A DNA stretch of 64,000 nt from TPA_inf: Saccharomyces (GCA_000146045.2 BK006946.2:64001-128000); one strand, 5' to 3'; shown: positions 44,533 to 57,324, numbered from the stretch's first letter. Made by a program: numbers and translations. The notes: generated by a model from the sequence alone, not told the origin.

Positions 44533-44805
44533 ACTTTAGATAGATATTTAGCATATCCGTATGTAACATTATATTAGTTCTTTAGGGCAAATTGAAAAAT
44601 TTAATCATCTTTTCTTATTCTTAAAAGCGTGAAAATCAAAAAAAAAAATCGATGAGTTGAGAACATATGATAAATAAAAACAAGCAAGGTGATCGTCAAA
44701 CTGCACTCACGCACACATAGATTTTTAGCTCCCAAAGTGCTATCGTCTATACTATCCAAGTTTTTACAGGCTCGCAATAAGCTCAATAAACAATATCAAC
44801 TGCAT

Positions 44806-46077
44806 ATGACTGAACCTGCCCTGAGTAGCGCTAATAACGCTCTGATGCAAAAACTAACAGGTCGACAACTTTTTGACAAGATCGGCCGTCCTACTAGGAT
44901 CGTTGCACCAATGGTAGACCAATCCGAATTAGCATGGCGTATTCTATCGAGAAGATACGGTGCAACCTTGGCGTACACTCCCATGTTACATGCAAAATTA
45001 TTTGCTACCTCGAAGAAATATAGAGAAGATAATTGGTCTTCCTTAGACGGCTCTAGCGTAGATAGGCCGTTGGTTGTACAGTTCTGCGCTAATGACCCAG
45101 AGTATCTATTGGCGGCAGCTAAACTGGTGGAAGATAAATGCGATGCGGTAGATTTGAATTTGGGCTGTCCTCAAGGCATAGCTAAGAAAGGTCACTATGG
45201 GTCATTTTTGATGGAAGAATGGGACCTTATACACAATTTAATCAACACCTTGCACAAAAATTTGAAAGTTCCAGTTACAGCAAAAATACGTATATTTGAC
45301 GACTGTGAAAAGAGTTTGAATTACGCCAAGATGGTGCTGGATGCTGGAGCTCAATTTTTAACCGTCCATGGGAGAGTAAGAGAGCAAAAAGGACAAAAAA
45401 CTGGTTTAGCTAACTGGGAAACAATCAAATACCTAAGAGATAATTTACCTAAAGAAACCGTGTTTTTTGCTAACGGGAATATCTTATATCCTGAAGATAT
45501 TTCACGTTGTATGGAACATATCGGTGCTGACGCAGTGATGAGTGCTGAGGGGAACTTATACAATCCTGGTGTTTTCAATGTAGGCCAAACTAAGAACAAG
45601 GAGAAGATATTTCCACGCGTAGATAAGATTATCAGAGAGTATTTCCAGATTGTCAAAGAATGCCAGGAATCTAAAGCCTCCAAGACAGCAATGAAATCAC
45701 ATTTTTTTAAGATTTTAAGGCCTTTCTTGCCGCATCATACTGATATTAGGTCAACACTTGCTACTATGAATGCAAAAGCCACGTGGGAAGAATGGGAGGA
45801 ACAAGTAGTGAAGCCTGTCGAAAAAGTAGTGCAAGAAATATTTGAACAGCCAGATATCGCTATTAAGGATGAAATTACTATCGGCGAAAAGCAATCATGG
45901 GGTGGTTCATATAGAACTGTTCCATACTGGAGATGTCAACCATATTTTAGGCCTGTTAACGGTATCACAGGTGATAAAAGAGTTATGCAAGGCCTCATAG
46001 ATGAAAGCGTGAACAAGAAACGTAAAGCTGACGTGCCATTAGAATCTGCTGATAAAAAGAAGGACGTGAAAGCTTAA
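44806..46077 (+). CDS. DUS1: tRNA-dihydrouridine synthase 1, 423 aa. The annotated start is the MTEPALSS methionine; an in-frame 39-codon extension reaches 44689.
   Basis: Dus-family TIM-barrel motifs (VAPMVDQSELAWR, DLNLGCPQ, the catalytic Cys in LGCP). The 423-aa length matches YML080W. Confidence 0.86.
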   Translation: MTEPALSSANNALMQKLTGRQLFDKIGRPTRIVAPMVDQSELAWRILSRRYGATLAYTPMLHAKLFATSKKYREDNWSSLDGSSVDRPLVVQFCANDPEYLLAAAKLVEDKCDAVDLNLGCPQGIAKKGHYGSFLMEEWDLIHNLINTLHKNLKVPVTAKIRIFDDCEKSLNYAKMVLDAGAQFLTVHGRVREQKGQKTGLANWETIKYLRDNLPKETVFFANGNILYPEDISRCMEHIGADAVMSAEGNLYNPGVFNVGQTKNKEKIFPRVDKIIREYFQIVKECQESKASKTAMKSHFFKILRPFLPHHTDIRSTLATMNAKATWEEWEEQVVKPVEKVVQEIFEQPDIAIKDEITIGEKQSWGGSYRTVPYWRCQPYFRPVNGITGDKRVMQGLIDESVNKKRKADVPLESADKKKDVKA

Positions 46078-46246
46078 AACCTGATAAAATCCATGTATAT
46101 TTCTTTGCCTTTTCTATTCTTTTCTCTAAGTATAGTTTTTATGTATGTATATTAATTCAAACAGAAAATGTTCAACTCCGTCTCCATAAGAAAACTTCTT
46201 TCAATTTGAACACTTGTATATTCAATCAGAATTCGCCATAGAGAGC

Positions 46247-46852
46247 ATGTCAGCCAATGTACAAGAAGCTGCAAATGCAGCTATAGAGCCGGCCAGTTTC
46301 GTTAAAGTCCCAATGCCTGAGCCACCAAGTAGTTTGCAACAATTGATCAATGATTGGCAATTAATCAAGCATAGAGAAGGTGGGTATTTTAAGGAAACAG
46401 ATAGGTCTCCCTACACCATGGAAGTAGAAAAACCAGTAAATGGAGGCTCAGGTAATACTGAAATGGTAACAAGAAATCAATCTACGTTGATCTATTATCT
46501 ACTAACCCCCGACAGCCCAATTGGGAAATTTCATAAGAATATTAACAGGATCATACATATCTTACAAAGAGGCAAGGGTCAATACGTTCTAGTATATCCT
46601 GATGGTCAAGTGAAGTCATTTAAAGTTGGTTTTGACTATAAGAATGGAGAAGTCTCGCAATGGGTTGTCCCCGGAGGTGTGTTTAAGGCAAGTTTCCTTC
46701 TGCCAAACGAAGAATTTGACAACGGTTTCTTGATTAGTGAAGTAGTGGTACCAGGTTTTGACTTTGAGGACCATACCTTCTTGAAGGGTGAAGATGAACT
46801 GAAACATCTTGTGGGACCTGAAAAGGCAGCTGAGTTAGCTTTTTTAGCTTGA
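46247..46852 (+). CDS. Cupin-fold protein of unknown function, 201 aa. The open frame extends 11 codons upstream to 46214.
   Basis: The length and position match YML079W. It has a beta-rich cupin-like pattern. Confidence 0.75.
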   Translation: MSANVQEAANAAIEPASFVKVPMPEPPSSLQQLINDWQLIKHREGGYFKETDRSPYTMEVEKPVNGGSGNTEMVTRNQSTLIYYLLTPDSPIGKFHKNINRIIHILQRGKGQYVLVYPDGQVKSFKVGFDYKNGEVSQWVVPGGVFKASFLLPNEEFDNGFLISEVVVPGFDFEDHTFLKGEDELKHLVGPEKAAELAFLA

Positions 46853-47001
46853 ACTTTTGTACTTAGTTATTATCAAAATAACCAATAAGAATTATTTTAG
46901 TCCTTTCGCACCGCGATTATTAATAAACTCAATATTTTTTTCCTATTTAATTCCATAAAGAAACAAAAAAAAAAGCAAGCAACTACAAAGGTCTACTTAC
47001 C

Positions 47002-47550
47002 ATGTTTAAACGTTCCATCATTCAACAGTCCCGCTTATTCTCCAATTCTGCTTCTAGACTAGGTAAAAAAGTGTTCTTTGATCCTGCGGTCAATGGAACC
47101 AAAATCGGCAGAATAGAATTTGAATTATATGATAATGTGGTTCCTAAAACTGCTGAAAATTTCAGAGCCTTATGTACCGGCGAAAAGGGCTGGGGCTATA
47201 AAGGTGTCCCTTTCCACAGAATCATCCCAGACTTCATGATCCAAGGTGGTGACACTGATTTGACTAACGGTTTTGGGGGCAAATCCATTTACGGTTCCAA
47301 GTTCGCTGACGAAAATTTTGTCAAAAAGCATGACAAGGCAGGTTTGTTATCTATGGCAAATGCTGGACCAAACACTAACGGTTCTCAATTCTTCATTACC
47401 ACTGTGCCTTGTCCATGGTTGGATGGAAAACACGTTGTCTTTGGTGAGGTAACCAAAGGTATGGACATTGTCAAAGCAATCGAATCATACGGTACTGCTT
47501 CTGGTAAACCAAGAGCTGAAATCGTTATCGAAGAAGCTGGTGAGTTATGA
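47002..47550 (+). CDS. CPR3: Mitochondrial cyclophilin (peptidyl-prolyl isomerase), 182 aa, with an N-terminal presequence.
   Basis: Cyclophilin core ([33 protein letters not shown]) preceded by [23 protein letters not shown], which looks like a mitochondrial targeting sequence. The length matches YML078W. Confidence 0.92.
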   Translation: MFKRSIIQQSRLFSNSASRLGKKVFFDPAVNGTKIGRIEFELYDNVVPKTAENFRALCTGEKGWGYKGVPFHRIIPDFMIQGGDTDLTNGFGGKSIYGSKFADENFVKKHDKAGLLSMANAGPNTNGSQFFITTVPCPWLDGKHVVFGEVTKGMDIVKAIESYGTASGKPRAEIVIEEAGEL

Positions 47551-47864
47551 AGGCTTATATGAAGCTAAGGTCTCTCATATTTCTAGCATATAAGGTATGC
47601 GTTATCTCTATGTCTACGAATTATATCTGTTTATAGTGTTTTATTTTATATAGACTCGCTGGCTCATAAAAAATCAACCAACTTTTATTCTGGTTTGCCT
47701 CAGTCGAAATGTTGTCCTTTACTATTGACTAGTGTTGAAGAATTTCCGGATCTTATATTTTCGACAATTGAGTTCCAACATACATTACAGAAAAAATACA
47801 AAAAAAAAATACAGAACTATCGTAAGATAATCTGCTTTTGATATAAATCATAAATCAGTGGAGC

Positions 47865-48344
47865 ATGGGGATATATTCATTTTGGATCTTTGATAGGCAT
47901 TGTAACTGTATATTTGATAGAGAATGGACATTGGCGTCCAATAGCGCAAGTGGTACAATAAACTCCAAACAGAATGAAGAAGATGCAAAACTTCTGTATG
48001 GTATGATATTTTCGTTACGCTCCATTACACAAAAGCTCTCCAAAGGGTCTGTTAAAAATGACATACGGAGTATATCTACAGGAAAGTATAGAGTCCACAC
48101 ATACTGTACAGCTTCAGGGCTATGGTTTGTTCTATTGTCCGACTTTAAACAGCAGTCTTACACTCAGGTTTTACAGTATATTTACAGCCATATTTATGTC
48201 AAATACGTGAGCAACAACTTATTATCACCGTACGATTTCGCTGAAAACGAAAATGAAATGAGAGGTCAAGGGACAAGAAAGATCACCAATAGAAACTTTA
48301 TATCCGTTCTCGAGTCATTTCTAGCACCAATGGTTAATCAGTGA
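47865..48344 (+). CDS. BET5: TRAPP complex core subunit Bet5 (longin-like), 159 aa.
   Basis: 159-aa ORF with a sybindin/Bet5 fold pattern. Length and position match YML077W. Confidence 0.88.
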   Translation: MGIYSFWIFDRHCNCIFDREWTLASNSASGTINSKQNEEDAKLLYGMIFSLRSITQKLSKGSVKNDIRSISTGKYRVHTYCTASGLWFVLLSDFKQQSYTQVLQYIYSHIYVKYVSNNLLSPYDFAENENEMRGQGTRKITNRNFISVLESFLAPMVNQ

Positions 48345-48512
48345 GCACGAACCATGAGCAGAAGAAAAACCTAAAATAAATAGAAGCGATGAATTGAATT
48401 GCATTCATCGTATATATACCTAAGGATAAATTAATTAGTTTTACATATTTTAAACTTTGTTTGTTAATACAAACTCGGATCTGGTTTGGGTCATAATTTT
48501 TGTTGTGGGGGC

Positions 48513-51347
48513 TCAAATATCATTCATGAAAAGGTCTGTCCAAAACTCGTCATTTAATGAATTAACGCCCCATGCTAAGGAGTTTATATCCGTCAAATAA
48601 TCGTTCAAGTTGTCTACCGATGAACTAGGTGATGGTTTTATATTAGTTGAGTCAGCAGAGTTAGTCACATCATTAGAAATAAATGGTGGTGGTAATAGAG
48701 TTGTGCCTGTCATACTCTCTCGGTGTTCATGTGGGGATTCATTCATATATGAAGTACTGTTAATATTCAGGTTCATTGCGGCAGTATCGTCACGAACTCT
48801 TGAGTATACTGGCAGCATTTCATCAGGTACAGCGGTTATGTTTTGGTTTGTATTATTGTCGATAATTGGATCTTCTTCTGTTGGCATCTTTTGTGACTCG
48901 GTTACATATGCATTTATTGGCTTCGTACCATCGTGGCCATTGCTTACTTCGTCTATGACCTGCTTTTCCTTTAGTTTCTCCCTTTCTGCATTGTAGCGAT
49001 CAGCAACATCAATAACTTTGTTTGCGTAGGTTTGACAAAATAACGCAATAACATACCTAAATTTGTAAAGAGAGTTGTTGAAGGGATACAGCTCTGATGT
49101 TTTTTCTAAAAGATTGTTTACCCCTATTACCAAGGCAATAGCATCATCTGTAAGGGGCATTAAATCGTGAAACGAAGGAATAGCGACTACGGAATAGCGC
49201 AGCTTTAATAAGAGCATACCAACGGTATATATGATCCTGGAAGTATGAAATAAAGGTAATGAGGTAATTAAAATTGGCTCCAACTTGGAAAATTCCTCAA
49301 GGGCAGATTTACAGCAATGATAGCATTTAACAAAATCATCCATTATTTCTCTGGGCAATTCGACTTTTTCGTTTATGGTATGCGACATTTCCCCGATGAA
49401 TACTGCAAGTTTATACTGGTATAAATAAGCTTCTACAGAGTAATAAAATGCAATCACTCTTGGCCTGTTTCTGTCAAGTTTAGTGAAAATCTCTTGCAAT
49501 TGCTTGTGGTATTTTTCCATTAGTTTATTAAGATACTTTTTAGTAAAAATAGGATCATCAAACTCGTCATCATTTAGATCTCTCTCATGTAGGTGTGTGT
49601 GAATATTTTCCAAGACGTGGTTCATTTTAGCAAATTGAACCAAGATGGGATCATCAGCTGAATCAAGTAATAGTTTATCGTTGTCATAATGTCGCGATTT
49701 TTTCGTCTCTTTAACTAAATCCTCGCAGGCCTTTTCCGTGACGTGACTCCAACGAGCTTGTATTGATTGACGTAGAAAAATTGAAATATTGAGTGCGGAA
49801 ATGTATACCAATAAAGTTAAACTGGCGCCATTACTGTAAAGTTCCAAAGGTGACTTGAATCTCTTTGGATCCTCGTCACTAAACATACCAAAGGATCGAT
49901 TGACATAGGTAGGCCCCAAATCTCTAGTTAAACAGCAACAGATGTAATTAAATATATGGTATCTCGTTTTACTTGACCATTCAAAAAAATTATACCATAG
50001 ACATAATGTAGACAGTGATTCGATGATTTCGATAGATTTATTATTAGCCTTGAAAATCTGATTTGTAATTAAGTTTAGTACAAAACTATCAAGCTTCATA
50101 ATAGTTCCTCTGGTGGTTTGTTTGGGTGTTAGTACAATTGAAACACATGACATAATGACGGAGAATAAAATAGGTTTCTTCTTTCTTAATTCATCGACAC
50201 TAACATTCTCTTCGACCTTTATGAATGGTAATTTTGACAAATATGAAATCTCGGTTTTATAAAGATGTAAGCGAAGCGTCGCTTCTTCATGAGATATGAT
50301 TCCTACTGATACAGGATCTGCAATGGTTGGCAAAAACATGCTCTTTTCAACAAGGTCATTCCACTGCTTTGACCAAGTGTCAAGCTTCATCGAAATATCT
50401 CTAATTTTACCTTTTTGAGAAATAATCAGTGATTGTAGCTGCTTCCTGAACGACCGTGTCATATGTCTAGAGTATGATTTCTTTTGTCTTTTCACTTTGA
50501 CGTTCTGTGTTTCCTCATCACCCACAATTTTAGGCCTATGTTTGAACAGTGCCTCGCTGTTAATGCTGGTAGGCGCAGATGAAATCGGTACGGGGGAGTT
50601 GTAGGTACTGTATATAACTGGCGCATCACTAATATTAGTATGCTCATCGTTAGATGCTAAAACTGCTGGATTTGTGGGCACACTGCCATTGGATTTTGTA
50701 TGATTATTGGTGGTTATCTCTCCGGTAGATGTGGTTTCGGCCTCTCTTGCTCCATATGAGGGTGGTTGGCTTAAAGTTGACCAAAGATCGGATAAACTTT
50801 GTTGAAGTCCAGGTAAGACTGTCCGAGAGTTTGGAAATTGTTTAGCGTTTGGGTCAGAAGGGAAACTGGCGAGGTAAGATGTACCATCCTTCAAGCTAGA
50901 TTCTTCAGAATCTGTTGGGCCTTTGCTTTTAGTAGAGACATTCACCATCGGCGATTCAAAAGGTGTGGGTGACCTTGATCTAGGCTTTCTCTTCCTTGTC
51001 CTTTTTGAAAGATCAAACTTGCACAGCTTCTTGTGTTTCAGACACCTTCGACAAGGTTTCCTATAAATATCGTTAACATCAGAAGGCTCACATTTTTGCT
51101 TCAAGGAATGGCAGCATACACAAGCAAATGAGTTTCTTTTGGTCTTCCCCTTTTCAGTAGTCTCTAGTTTTGTAGGATACGAAAGCCTAGGGTCATCTTT
51201 GGAGCATCCTTCTATAATAGTTTGTGTGGCCTTATCTATGCATGGGACATCCGCCTTCGGCAAAGAAACTTTTTGGTCGGTCTTTGAATTATCATTATTG
51301 ATTTCTTTCCCGACGGCAACGCCAGTTATTGCAATCTGCGTGTCCAT
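48513..51347 (-). CDS. WAR1: Zn2Cys6 weak-acid stress transcription factor, 944 aa. The open frame starts 4 codons upstream at 51359.
   Basis: Zinc cluster CVCCHSLKQKCEPSDVNDIYRKPCRRCLKHKKLC plus a fungal transcription-factor middle homology region. The length matches YML076C. Confidence 0.88.
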   Translation of the reverse strand: MDTQIAITGVAVGKEINNDNSKTDQKVSLPKADVPCIDKATQTIIEGCSKDDPRLSYPTKLETTEKGKTKRNSFACVCCHSLKQKCEPSDVNDIYRKPCRRCLKHKKLCKFDLSKRTRKRKPRSRSPTPFESPMVNVSTKSKGPTDSEESSLKDGTSYLASFPSDPNAKQFPNSRTVLPGLQQSLSDLWSTLSQPPSYGAREAETTSTGEITTNNHTKSNGSVPTNPAVLASNDEHTNISDAPVIYSTYNSPVPISSAPTSINSEALFKHRPKIVGDEETQNVKVKRQKKSYSRHMTRSFRKQLQSLIISQKGKIRDISMKLDTWSKQWNDLVEKSMFLPTIADPVSVGIISHEEATLRLHLYKTEISYLSKLPFIKVEENVSVDELRKKKPILFSVIMSCVSIVLTPKQTTRGTIMKLDSFVLNLITNQIFKANNKSIEIIESLSTLCLWYNFFEWSSKTRYHIFNYICCCLTRDLGPTYVNRSFGMFSDEDPKRFKSPLELYSNGASLTLLVYISALNISIFLRQSIQARWSHVTEKACEDLVKETKKSRHYDNDKLLLDSADDPILVQFAKMNHVLENIHTHLHERDLNDDEFDDPIFTKKYLNKLMEKYHKQLQEIFTKLDRNRPRVIAFYYSVEAYLYQYKLAVFIGEMSHTINEKVELPREIMDDFVKCYHCCKSALEEFSKLEPILITSLPLFHTSRIIYTVGMLLLKLRYSVVAIPSFHDLMPLTDDAIALVIGVNNLLEKTSELYPFNNSLYKFRYVIALFCQTYANKVIDVADRYNAEREKLKEKQVIDEVSNGHDGTKPINAYVTESQKMPTEEDPIIDNNTNQNITAVPDEMLPVYSRVRDDTAAMNLNINSTSYMNESPHEHRESMTGTTLLPPPFISNDVTNSADSTNIKPSPSSSVDNLNDYLTDINSLAWGVNSLNDEFWTDLFMNDI

Positions 51348-51733
51348 GTTGTAATTCAACCCTGAAGATCTTCCCGATCACAGTCAATACACACTAGATA
51401 TTAATGTATACTGTATGAAAAAATTGACTTTCCGCTTCATTGCTCCTACATTTATCGGATGGCGCACATAGCTAAAAAAGGAAGATTTTCACTCATAAGG
51501 GAAAGGAACCGCATGACTCAAGAGAAGCATGTGGTTTTTGAGTTTTTTTCGTTGAATTTTCAGGTAAAGCTCAATAGTTATGACAATTACAACAACAGAA
51601 TTCTTTCTATATATGCACGAACTTGTAATATGGAAGAAATTATGACGTACAAACTATAAAGTAAATATTTTACGTAACACATGGTGCTGTTGTGCTTCTT
51701 TTTCAAGAGAATACCAATGACGTATGACTAAGT

Positions 51734-54700
51734 TTAGGATTTAATGCAGGTGACGGACCCATCTTTCAAACGATTTATATCAGTGGCGTCCAAATTGTTA
51801 GGTTTTGTTGGTTCAGCAGGTTTCCTGTTGTGGGTCATATGACTTTGAACCAAATGGCCGGCTGCTAGGGCAGCACATAAGGATAATTCACCTGCCAAGA
51901 CGGCACAGGCAACTATTCTTGCTAATTGACGTGCGTTGGTACCAGGAGCGGTAGCATGCGGGCCTCTTACACCTAATAAGTCCAACATGGCACCTTGTGG
52001 TTCTAGAACAGTACCACCACCGATGGTACCTACTTCGATGGATGGCATGGATACGGAAATTCTCAAATCACCGTCCACTTCTTTCATCAATGTTATACAG
52101 TTGGAACTTTCAACATTTTGTGCAGGATCTTGTCCTAATGCCAAGAAAACAGCTGTCACTAAATTAGCTGCATGTGCGTTAAATCCACCAACAGACCCAG
52201 CCATTGCAGATCCAACCAAATTCTTAGCAATGTTCAACTCAACCAATGCGGAAACATCACTTTTTAACACTTTTCTGACAACATCACCAGGAATAGTAGC
52301 TTCTGCGACGACACTCTTACCACGACCTTCGATCCAGTTGATGGCAGCTGGTTTTTTGTCGGTACAGTAGTTACCAGAAACGGAGACAACCTCCATATCT
52401 TCCCAGCCATACTCTTCTACCATTTGCTTTAATGAGTATTCGACACCTTTAGAAATCATATTCATACCCATTGCGTCACCAGTAGTTGTTCTAAATCTCA
52501 TGAAGAGTAAATCTCCTGCTAGACAAGTTTGAATATGTTGCAGACGTGCAAATCTTGATGTAGAGTTAAAAGCTTTTTTAATTGCGTTTTGTCCCTCTTC
52601 TGAGTCTAACCATATCTTACAGGCACCAGATCTTTTCAAAGTTGGGAAACGGACTACTGGGCCTCTTGTCATACCATCCTTAGTTAAAACAGTTGTTGCA
52701 CCACCGCCAGCATTGATTGCCTTACAGCCACGCATGGCAGAAGCTACCAAACAACCCTCTGTAGTTGCCATTGGTATATGATAAGATGTACCATCGATAA
52801 CCAAGGGGCCTATAACACCAACGGGCAAAGGCATGTAACCTATAACATTTTCACAACAAGCGCCAAATACGCGGTCGTAGTCATAATTTTTATATGGTAA
52901 ACGATCAGATGCTAATACAGGAGCTTCTGCCAAAATTGAAAGAGCCTTCCTACGTACCGCAACCGCTCTCGTAGTATCACCTAATTTTTTCTCCAAAGCG
53001 TACAAAGGTAACTTACCGTGAATAACCAAGGCAGCGACCTCTTTGTTCTTCAATTGTTTTGTATTTCCACTACTTAATAATGCTTCTAATTCTTCTAAAG
53101 GACGTATTTTCTTATCCAAGCTTTCAATATCGCGGGAATCATCTTCCTCACTAGATGATGAAGGTCCTGATGAGCTCGATTGCGCAGATGATAAACTTTT
53201 GACTTTCGATCCAGAAATGACTGTTTTATTGGTTAAAACTGGTGTAGAAGCCTTTTGTACAGGAGCAGTAAAAGACTTCTTGGTGACTTCAGTTTTCACC
53301 AATTGGTCTGCAGTATAACTGGTATGAATTCTAGCAGCATTCAATAAATACACATTGATGACAGCACTGCATACTAAGGCGGAAAGAACTAATTTACTGA
53401 CGAACCTATCACGAATGGCAACACTGACATTACGAAGCAATAGAAGAACCATATCCTCAATGCGTTGGTAGGACTTAATGGGTTTGTAATATAATAATGG
53501 GGTGACACTAACAATAGCTTGCTCTTTAAAGTTTTCAGAGGCATTCGAGGTAATAAAATCTGGTAGAGAAACACGTTCCTTATCGAAGTACAATGAATTG
53601 AAGGCATCATTGACCCAATTTGCACCAAAGTTATAAAAGTTGATGAAGACAAACAACAGTATGACAGAGAGTTTCATGATAATGACAACCACACTGAGAT
53701 TTAAGAAAGAAGATACGGATTTCTTTTCTGCTTTAGAAATGATTCTTGCTGTAGATGGAACAACACCGTCTTCTTCTAATGTTTGCTTGATAATAGTAGA
53801 TCTGTGGATAACATTCATTTCCAGTCTAAGCGCTAAGATAGCAGAATAAAATGTAGGAGTTAAAATCAATTCAAAAATTAGGATAAATGCTGATAATATG
53901 CAGAAGTTTGTCAAAGTCTTCAATTGGTGAGCATACATAGAGCATCCGATAAAGGCAAAAATACAAAGCAAATGGTCTTGAATCAAACGACCACCCTCTT
54001 CGCTCACGGATTCAAAAACGATTTCATCGGTAGTAATCCTTTTAGATAAACCGACTCTTTCAAATTTCTCCAGGGCATACTGGGCAATCTTGATTTTGTG
54101 CTTGAAACCAACAACAACTACAATGAAAGGCAAACCTTCAAAAAGAGTTAATGCGGAAACTTCTTTGCCTAGAATACATTGGGTGACATACAATGCTAAG
54201 AAAAGTGATGATGCAGAATTGACCACTGTAGAGGCGCTCAACCAAAAATTTGACCCGGTCTTCCTCATGTCATTGAAGAGGCCGAATATGGTGTAGAACA
54301 TCATTAGGTAGGCAGTAACCATAATAAGGACGTCAAACGGGTCTGCTTGGGTTACATTTTCTGAAAATACATCGTAGAGAGAATATGCTAACGTCTTTAC
54401 GTCGAAAAGACTTTTTCTGTCACTTCTTAACCTCCATTTCGTTCCATCAGTAGAAGAAATTTCTTTGGAAACACTGAGATCTTCTTGCAGAATATATTTT
54501 GTATTATCTTTCTCAAAAACCGTGTTAGCTAGTTCTGGAATGGAGTCAGTTTCATTAGGACTATTGAAGTTCAGGTTTAATAGATAGTAATGGTGTGGGG
54601 CTGGTAACTCACTAGCTTCATGCGCGGTGATTGATACCCAACCATCTAGAGAGGAATCTCTGTAGTAATGGGAACATTCTTGAAATAGAGTGTTGGAGTC

Positions 54701-54898
54701 TTTATTTGGAGCAGTTTCAAAAACACTATTTGAATCTAGTTGCCAACCATTGAAGTAATACTGAATGACGGATAGATAAGCGAATGCGGATATGATTAGA
54801 GAAAAAAGTATTATATGAATTGGTCGTTTCGCCGAAAATCTTGAAACATAGGCAATTGGCTTTGCCATCTGTTTCAGTCCCTTGAATAGCGGCGGCAT
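51734..54898 (-). CDS. HMG1: HMG-CoA reductase isozyme 1, with an N-terminal sterol-sensing multi-transmembrane domain and a C-terminal catalytic domain, 1054 aa.
   Basis: Catalytic motifs ([28 protein letters not shown]) and a multi-transmembrane N-terminus. The 1054-aa length matches YML075C. Confidence 0.94.
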
Positions 54899-56088
54899 GC
54901 TTGTTTTATGTATTTATCTACTTTGTATCAACAATTAGACAATGATACACTATGTTCCAGCCCTTAGTCTTTTCCTGACTAGAATTGGGTAGAAAGAAGA
55001 AAAAAATAAGTTAATAAAAATCAAAAAACCGAAGACGAATATAGCTCTTTCAAGTTGTCTTTTTTAAAGGAATGCCTTTGAAAATTAGATCTTTTAAACT
55101 TTCAAAAATCTTTGCCTGGATTTATCGAACAACAGCTTTTCATAGCCGAAAAGATACAGGAAAAATGAGGAAGAAACCGATGAATTGTTTTATAAGCTAT
55201 CACCTAGCGATAATAATAGGTAAAGTAGAGATCCTATAGCTAGTACGGACCTTTCTTTCGGACGTTCTATAGAGTTTTAAACGAGCGGGCGTAGAGACTC
55301 GCACTACGTTTTCTTCGCACTACGCTGAGGTCTTCCAACTCTTCTCCAGAAGGCTTTTCTTTCCCTTAGTCCACCCGATAAAAATGGGGCCCTTTGAAAT
55401 TCCGTTTTGTAGCTTAGTTTCTCGGACTTAAAGCATGTGCTCACCATACTACCATCACCCGAATGTACAGCCAACGCCACTTTAGTGGATAATAAGTCAT
55501 GATAGTGGACGAACAATCGGGGTAAAAGGGGTTGGAAGAGAACGGCTGGAATCCATCAATCAGCAGCGTTTAACGGTTCTAATTTTCAGTTACAAGGATG
55601 ATCAACGAGAGCCTTATTTCTAATGTTCCCTAATGTATATGTGTTCCGGCTACTGTTTAGCTGAAGAGCTGTGTCTAGCCTTCCTGGCGGTTATCGTTCA
55701 CAGTCAGCTTGCGCTTTATTTCATTAACATCGAACTAAATACTAGAGGCCATAACCGCAATTACAGCTGCGGCGATAATCTAATTTAACGTCAATGTCTG
55801 AATTCTTATTGCTTTGAAGATTTCTTCACCTTTCTTGACGACCATCCAGTAGCACTCAGTGAAATAGGAACAGAAAGAAGATAACGCTTTTTTTGCCGCC
55901 ATATATTTCTTTCTATACAACACAGCTTCTTTATTTGTATCATCCGCGGAGAAAAGTAAAATGAAAAGCTTATAAAGAGCAATAGATACTAAAAAGAAAT
56001 AGAATGTTTTCGGATTTACATACAGAAGGTTACAATATTATGTAAAAAGAATAATATATATAAACATCTATCCGTACGAGCGCGTGTA

Positions 56089-57324
56089 CTAGTTTTTCAT
56101 AGAAACCAATTTAACGTCGAATGTCAGTTCGGAATTGGCAGGAATACCTGGCAGAGCTTGCTTCCCGTAGGCATATGGTGCTGGAATGATGATTCTACGT
56201 TCGCCACCAACAGACATACCGGCAACACCAATGTCCCAGCCTTTGATAACTTCACCACGGCCAAGTTTGAATGCAAATGGTTTACCGCTGGTGTTCTTGT
56301 CGAAAACTTTACCGTTCTTTAACTTACCAATGTACCTCATGCCTACTCTGGCACCTCTCTTAGCCTGTGGGCCATCACCGATAGTACGGTCTTCGATTAC
56401 TATGCCGCCTTCCAAAACCTTACTCTTTGGTTTATGCTTATCTTGTTCCTTTTTGCTTTTGGGTTTTGTTGGACCCTCCTCTAAGTCCTTCTTGAATTCG
56501 ACCTTCTTTACTTTTTTAGCTTTCTTTTCTTCTTCTTTCTCTTCGTGCTTTCTCTTTTTTTCCTTTTTGCTTTTCTTAGGTTCTGGCTTAACTTCTTCTT
56601 TTTGTTCTTCTTCTTCTTCTTCTTCTTGTTCTTCTTCTCCATCATTATCTTCTTCATCTTCTTCTTGGACTTCTTCAATACGAACTTCTTCTTCCTCTTC
56701 GTCATCCAAGTCGTCCATGTCGTCGCCAATAATTTCATCCTCATCTGGGGTCAAGTCGTAGTCTTCACTGTCATAGATGTCAGCGTCTTCATCTTCGTCT
56801 TCACCTTCGACTCCCATTGGAGTATCAAATGGATGCTTAACATAGTTACCGCTCAAGGAGATAGCGTAAGAACCAGTGACAATGAATTGGACTTCTTCTT
56901 CTGGAGTAATGGTCAAGTCCAAAGATTGTTGGTATTGGGCTTCCGGAGATAAAGTCAAAAGGACGGATTCTTGGAACTCATCGTCCTCGTCATCGTCTTC
57001 TTCATCATCCTCACTTTCACTTTCAGCCTTCTTGCCTTTACTCTTCTTTTTCTTTTGGGTTTTTTCCTCTTCTTCTTCCTCAGAGGATTCTTCGTCTATT
57101 TCGTCTTCATCAAAATCACCACCTAAAAAATCATCATCTTCAAAGTCCGGGTTTCTTTTGATAATTCTTAAAGTCGATGGTTTGTTCTCTTCATCGATGG
57201 CTTCCGGGTTCAAAGCAGCCATAGTAATACGAACGGTGATGGGCATCGTGACGTCGATTGCTGGAACCGGGGTATAAGGTTCAACATTCAAACTGTAGGT
57301 AGCTAGTGGTAACAAATCAGACAT
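56089..57324 (-). CDS. FPR3: Nucleolar FKBP-type peptidyl-prolyl isomerase with a nucleoplasmin-like N-terminus, long acidic tracts and a C-terminal FKBP domain, 411 aa.
   Basis: C-terminal FKBP domain ([27 protein letters not shown]...LVSMKN), with poly-Asp/Glu and Lys-rich tracts in the middle. The length matches YML074C. Its GAA/GAT-repeat DNA produces several spurious low-complexity antisense ORFs. Confidence 0.92.

Noticed and set aside
56186-57277. Several plus-strand ORFs (191, 135 and 133 aa) rich in Ser, Phe and Leu inside FPR3.
   Set aside because: They are antisense or frame-shifted readings of the GAA/GAT/AAG codon repeats that encode the FPR3 acidic and basic tracts.
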